Positions 58,901-64,000 of a DNA stretch of 64,000 nucleotides are shown piece by piece. Made by a program: the position numbers and the translations under genes. Below the pieces are notes generated by a model. That model had not been told where the DNA came from, ran no database searches, and saw only the letters and a program-made list of their open reading frames with translations. Origin of the DNA: Vicugna vicugna (taxonomy: Eukaryota); the NCBI GenBank assembly GCA_013265495.1, contig MU057781.1:248001-312000 (forward strand), read 5' to 3'. The stretch's first letter is position 1. Each line of letters begins with the position of its first letter.

Positions 58901-61900
58901 GGGAGGGCAGGAGAGGCGCTCTCAGCGGCGAGCTGCCCGCGGTGCTGGAGGCCGGGTGCCATGGGGATTCTGCTGGAAGGTGGCATCTCTTTGCCACGCG
59001 GCACACACGTAACAGGACAGAGAGGGCTCGCCTCACCGGAGACACAGGCAGCATTCCAGTCCCCGCTTGCAGCACATCGTCAGTGGGTGCGTGTGACTCT
59101 CAGGTGGTCCCCGGAAGCGAGGGCGTACCTGCCCGGCAGCACCGAGCTCAGGAACCTGAGTCCCACGGCGGCCCCGTCACGGCGGGCGCCAGGTGGGTGA
59201 GCTTACCGCGGAGCGGCCTCGCCTTCCCTGCTTGCCCGTCATCACGGGGGGTGAGAGAGAGGCAGGTGCGGCTCATGGCAGGCAGCCAGGGACCCTGTGC
59301 CCTGCGGCCGCGGGCGCCTCCCCGCGAGCCCGGAGCTCACTAGCGGCCCGTGGTGGTGACACGAGCTTGCTGACTTTCTTCCACTAATTGCGTACATCTT
59401 AGAATGAACTGCAGACTCGTAAGGAAAGCTGCTTCCTGGCAGTTTGATGAGTCTCTGTCTTGCGAGGAATTCCCAGCTGGGACTAAGACGAGAAAGCTTG
59501 AAACCTCGCAGACGCCACATTCAACACGCAAACAGCGAACCACACACTTGGAACCAATAAGCCAGCCGTGAACGAGGTCCGGGAGCCGACAGAAACGGCG
59601 CGGAACGGCCGCAAGGCGTCAGGAGCCTCTTTTTGAGTCAAAAGCTGACAGTTCCCATAAAATCTTTTTTTTTAATGCCATTGTCAATCAGAACCAAGAG
59701 TCTGCCTAGTCCTCAGCAGAAAATCTTCTCTATGGAGAAGTCAAAGGGACAGGATTCACCAAGAACCCCAATTACCCTCAGTACATGGAATAATAAAAGC
59801 CGGTGAGGTCCAGCCCAGATCTCGCTCACGCAGGAGTTCCAGGCTCAATGTCGCTTTGTCCTCAGAAATCTTAGCCCGAATGTTCAAGAATCTCAAGGTC
59901 AACGTGTGTGTGAGACAGAACCCGTCCTCCCCCAGCCAGGGTTACCGCTCCTCCCGGGCCCCTGCTGGCGAGCCCGCTCGCCTCTCCCGCCTGAAAGCGT
60001 CCCCCCAACTGCCGCCCTTCAGGTCTGCCGATGGCCCGGGGCCCCCGCCCAGAAGCACCACACCCAACACCAAACCCCGCTTCCTAACCCTGCTAATTAA
60101 AAAAGAACAAAAACAGACCACACGTAATTCTTGCAAAAAGTATTAGTACAACCAAGTTGCTTTTAAAAAGTCATTTTGGTCCCGAGAGCATGATCCGCGT
60201 GTTGAATGCGACGTCCGAAGTTTTCACGTTTTCTCCCTTTATTCCCTGTAAAACTAGTTTTGTTATATCAGACACTGGTGTTAATATATCAGAAATTGGA
60301 AAGGTTTTGAAAACACCTTAATTGACCAAGGAGGAAAAGGTTCTATACGCCACCAGCAAATTCACTTTGATGAGCAATGAACGGATTCCGATGCCTCCAG
60401 ATGCAGAGTCTACTCTCTGCTTGTTTTTTCTGCAAACAAATGACAACCACCTGCCTTGAATAACTTGTCCAGCTGGAGAGCGGTGCTGCCCTGTCCACCT
60501 TCAACCCTTGATTTTCAGAAATACTCCAGCCATTCGTGGAGGTCTCTCTTAGCTTTGCCTCTGCCCGGGCAAGCTGACCAGCTCTGACCCAGCTTGAAAT
60601 GAAGACACAGCCACGTGACAGTCTGTGTGAGGAGGAGCGGGACTCTGCCCACAGCCCACCGGGGCGGCCAGTGACCAGCGATGCGCAGGGAGGACAGGGT
60701 GCGGGGCGCCAGGTTTGGTGATGGGTGCAAAGGGAACGTACGTGGAGGTGACAACGAGGACTCTGCCCCGTGGTTCCCCCCATGGAGGTGGCCTGGACAC
60801 CTGGAGGGCAAGTTTCCATGATGATACAGCATGTCCCAGTGGAGTGGGGTGGGGACCAGGGCCCCGAGAATCACAGCCAGTGCCCATTCAGCAAGGCAAC
60901 ACTCACACCCTCCCCCCGGGCCTGAACAGGGCCGGCTGCTGGGGTGTCTGGAGATCTAAGACCAGGTCACCCCACCCCACGCTCACCCCAAAGCCTGAGG
61001 GCCAGGGCAATAAGTGATGCAAAACGGAGAGCTCGGGGCACAGCGGTGCTCCTCACAGAAGGAAAAGGGCACCTTCGGTCACTGTCTCTGCCCCGCTCTG
61101 GACCAGTGCCACCCATACCTCTGCTCCCCACGTGACGCTCCGAGCTGTGACCCAGGAATGTCATCATGCTGGGAAAACACGCCTGTCCGCGGTCAGCACA
61201 CTGGTTCCCTCGTCCCCACAGACTTGCCCTCAGCTGTGCCACCTGAGGCTCCAGAACATCACCCCCCCTTCATTGCTTACCCAAGCCCCCTGCAGGCGCA
61301 CAGTAGGTGCTTAATAGCTACTCCCTGCCTGGCTGGGAGGAAGGGGCTCCCTCCCCAGGTGCGTCTCACTTTCAATTGCAGTGAGAATTCAGGTCTCTGG
61401 AGCAAGCCCTCCACTGCTTGGAGAGTGTGCTCAGGAAAGGCTGTTCCAGGCAGGCCCGCCCGCAGGCGTCGAAGTCCCTAGCCCTGCTCAGGGGCGGGTC
61501 AGAGGGCAGCCAGCCAGGCCTGGGCGACCCCAGGACAGAAGGGCTTCGACATCGTTCAGGTTATCCCCTCATCCAAATTCTCTGCAGTATCCCCGCTCTG
61601 TTTCTCCAGACTTTCAGCTAAGAGACGGCCAAGAACTTGACACCGCTGCGAGTTCACTCCCATGTCCTGCACGAAGAGCCTAAACTCTAAAACCGTCATG
61701 TGCTGTAACGGATTAAGCTGTTTCTACTGAGTACAGCTCAACTGCCTTCCGCTTCTGGAAGTTCGTGCCATAAAACAGGGCTCATCTGAATGCACCTTTT
61801 TTGGTGCTTGAGCAAAGAAAACTAGAATTCGTCATCTGAAAGTGTTGCTTCCCAAGCAGGTGGATGCAGAGAGAGAGCTGCACTGGGTTCCACATCAAAC

Positions 61901-62479
61901 CTCTCCCAGGGTCTGAGTCTTTTGTATTTTAGAATCCCAAAGCTGAGCGGAAAGGAAGATGGGGAAACTGAGTCACGAGCCCAGAGCCCACACTGTGGAA
62001 CTTGTTACCAGAGGAAGATCAGAGTTTCAAGAAGTAGCTTCCAGATCAGTGCGTGGTGAGGCGCATGGCATTTCTGTCTCCCACAAATGCCCCCGGTGTA
62101 CCACTGGCCTGGCAGGGGGCCCAGTTTATTTGGTTGAAACCAACAGAATCACACACTGACACACATCATCAGAAGAAGAACACACTGGAAAGTGTGGCTG
62201 CAACCGTGGAGACTTGTTCAGCAACTCCCACCCCTCCTGCGGTGCACCCGCCTGCACCCCAGAGGGGAGAGAGCGAAACACCGCGCATCCGGCCCGCCTT
62301 GGGGTGAGGGCTCGCGGGGACCCGGGTCCAGCCCTGCAGACCCCAGCCCCGTAGAGCAGAGGTCTGCTGTGTCGAGGTGCAGTGGGGGCCGTGGGCTGGG
62401 GTCTCAGAGTCGGATCTCCTGGGGGCCTTTGCCTCTCTGAGGACAAACGCGGGGAAGGTGCTGGTCCAGGGCCCCAGTC

Positions 62480-62705
62480 GTGATGGGGGAGAGGCAATGG
62501 GGATTTTGTTAGGCTCGTCCCCCTGCGGTCAGACGTCTCCCCCGGCCGCGTCGTTCCTCACCGTGAGTCATTCTGCTGTTCTCTGAGCCGCCCATGAATT
62601 CTATGAGCAACCAGTACACTCGGAACAACCGGCACACAATCAACCCCTTTGTGCTAGAATTAGCCACAGAACATTCTGTCTGCAGCTGAGAAGCCCGACT
62701 CAATA
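62480..62705 (+). mobile_element. 3' part of an ERVL 5' LTR (LTR33/LTR16-like)
   Basis: CTCTGAGCCGCCCATGAATTCTATGAGCAACC...CCCCTTTGTGCTAGAATTAGCCACAGAAC...GAGAAGCCCGACTCAATA resembles recalled ERVL LTR ends. It is followed directly by a primer-binding-site-like motif. The 5' boundary is not determined. Confidence 0.45.
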
Positions 62706-63315
62706 GAGCTGCCACCAGGAGGGGTGCAGACAGCTCATCCTTAGAGGCTGGCGCCCAGGCAGCCAGCAGCGCACGGTCACGAAGCAGTTACGTAAGTTGT
62801 CGCCCAGCCTGAGGAGGACGTGTCTGTGGAAGCCAAGGCTTGGGCACAGCAATCTGCTCCGTTTATGGACCATCAGGATGGGCACGAGGAGCCCAAGCTC
62901 TGCTGAGCTGGCTGGCGGCTTCCAATTATGATGAGAAACTCAACAATAAAACAAGAGACTGAAAATTGGAACAGGAACGTCTGGGAGGATTTGAAAGAAT
63001 CCGAGGCTCCTCCCAAGCCGCCGACCCAGGGTGCCTCCCTTGCCAGAAGCGGCAGCCCCGCGCCCTGCGCTGGAGCCGCTGCCTCGGAACCACGGGCCGG
63101 CCTCTTGGGCCACTGCCGTGTCGACAAGGACGACATTGCTCTCGTCCTGTCTCCAACAGCCTGCTGCTTTCTTTAGACCTGCAGTTAGAAGCAGGCTCTC
63201 TTCATGACCCAGGAAGCTAACTGCAACGTTGAACCCAAGGGAACACACACCCTTTAAAAGTTGCCAGATTTCTTAGTGAACAGGAGGAAAGCTTGAGGAG
63301 TATATGTGGGTATGG

Positions 63316-63517
63316 CTCAGCCTCCTGCAGCAACCTAGACTGCGACAGAATGTGGAAACAAACACACACACGCACACGTGTGCCGGAAACATGATGCTGC
63401 GCAGCGGCAACGGACACTCCGTGACTGGCACACTGACTGGCACACTGTACCTGACACACCGTGACTGGCTCACCGTGACTGGCACACTGTGACTGACTGT
63501 GCTTCAATTTAAAAAAA
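63316..63517 (+). mobile_element. 5'-truncated camelid-type L1 tail nested in ERVL gag, with TSD
   Basis: Seen: ends CTGACTGTGCTTCAATTTAAAAAAA. It is flanked by TATATGTGGGTATGG 63301-63315 and TATACGTGGGTATGG 63521-63535. 63356-63397 aligns without gaps to the reverse complement of 26818-26859. Confidence 0.85.
63421..63500 (+). repeat. 14-bp minisatellite, about 5.5 units (GTGACTGGCACACT)
   Basis: Seen units: GTGACTGGCACACT, GACTGGCACACT, GTACCTGACACACC, GTGACTGGCTCACC, GTGACTGGCACACT, GTGACTGACT. Confidence 0.9.
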
Positions 63518-64000
63518 GGATATACGTGGGTATGGATTTAGAGATGCCAGAACTAGGAGAGGGGGACACACATTCAGACAAGTTTAAGTATGGAAACTGG
63601 GAAGTTGCTGGTGATTCTGCAGTCAGCGTGCTCACTTGATCGACTGCGACTAGCTGAGGTCTCGGCAGCTGGCTCTAACCCGGACTTCGTGGCAGCTCGT
63701 ACTAAATGAAGTTGAGATGCCAGAAATCCCATGAATGACGAAGAGAAGGAGCTGGCAGGCGACGAGCCAGAGCTGTCAGGACGGATCAGGGCTCCTACAC
63801 AGACGTCAGAGGCCACTCTAGCAGGTCCTGCTGTAGGGGATTTATTCGCTAACACCGTTTCCAGAAGCGTGGCCACAGGCTTGGGTCACCAGGTGTGGGC
63901 ACGCGCACAGGTGACGTGTGAGGCCAGAGCTCACAGAGGGCGGTCACCAGTATGGGCACGCACATTACATGTAGCGCGTCCTTGATGGTGAGACCCCAGT

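Larger units (their letters stand above)
62706..64000 (+). mobile_element. ERVL (class III ERV) internal region: degenerate tRNA-Leu primer-binding site and decayed gag, continuing past the window end
   Basis: TGCCACCAGGAGGGG at 62710-62724 is 12/15 to the recalled ERVL primer-binding site TGGTACCAGGAGTGG. Track ORF 62928..63176 contains ETENWNRNVWED versus recalled ERVL Gag DPETWNGDVWED. CTAAATGAAGTTGAGATGCCAGAAATCCC at ~63702 matches the ERVL gag ...EVEMPE... block. Frames are broken. Confidence 0.75.

Noticed and set aside
63421-63500. Regularly spaced short repeats resembling a CRISPR array
   Set aside because: Head-to-tail 14-bp units with no unique spacers, in mammalian DNA with no cas genes. 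It is a minisatellite.

Overview
Mammalian non-coding DNA, about 60% GC by eye and CpG-rich. It is most likely from a camelid (camel, llama or alpaca): a Vic-1-type tRNA-derived SINE lies at ~21.05-21.18 kb and there are three short L1 3' tails of the type I recall from camelids. I find no credible protein-coding gene, RNA gene or CRISPR array. The long ORFs in the track are either chance GC-rich ORFs or decayed L1/ERVL frames. The window is a mosaic of three things. (1) Old and young retroelements: L1MB/L1MA/L1MC/L1ME-like pieces, L2, MIR, an ERV1 solo LTR with a perfect 4-bp target-site duplication (TSD), and an ERVL proviral remnant (LTR, tRNA-Leu primer-binding site, gag) running off the right end. 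(2) AT-rich non-repetitive islands, several with paired PBX-HOX (TGATNNAT) and MEIS (TGACA) motifs, resembling conserved developmental enhancers. (3) GC-rich unique sequence. The best-supported unusual observations are: sharply bounded AT-to-GC substitution tracts inside transposon copies (76% vs 35% GC in the same L1, 120 bp apart); a 54-bp templated copy inserted into an L1 ORF1 remnant from 1.36 kb upstream; two 5'-inverted L1 insertions; and a minisatellite born from an L1 tail nested in ERVL gag. I see no evidence for a new biological system. Repeat family names come from recalled consensus sequences, not a database search, and need RepeatMasker/Dfam confirmation.
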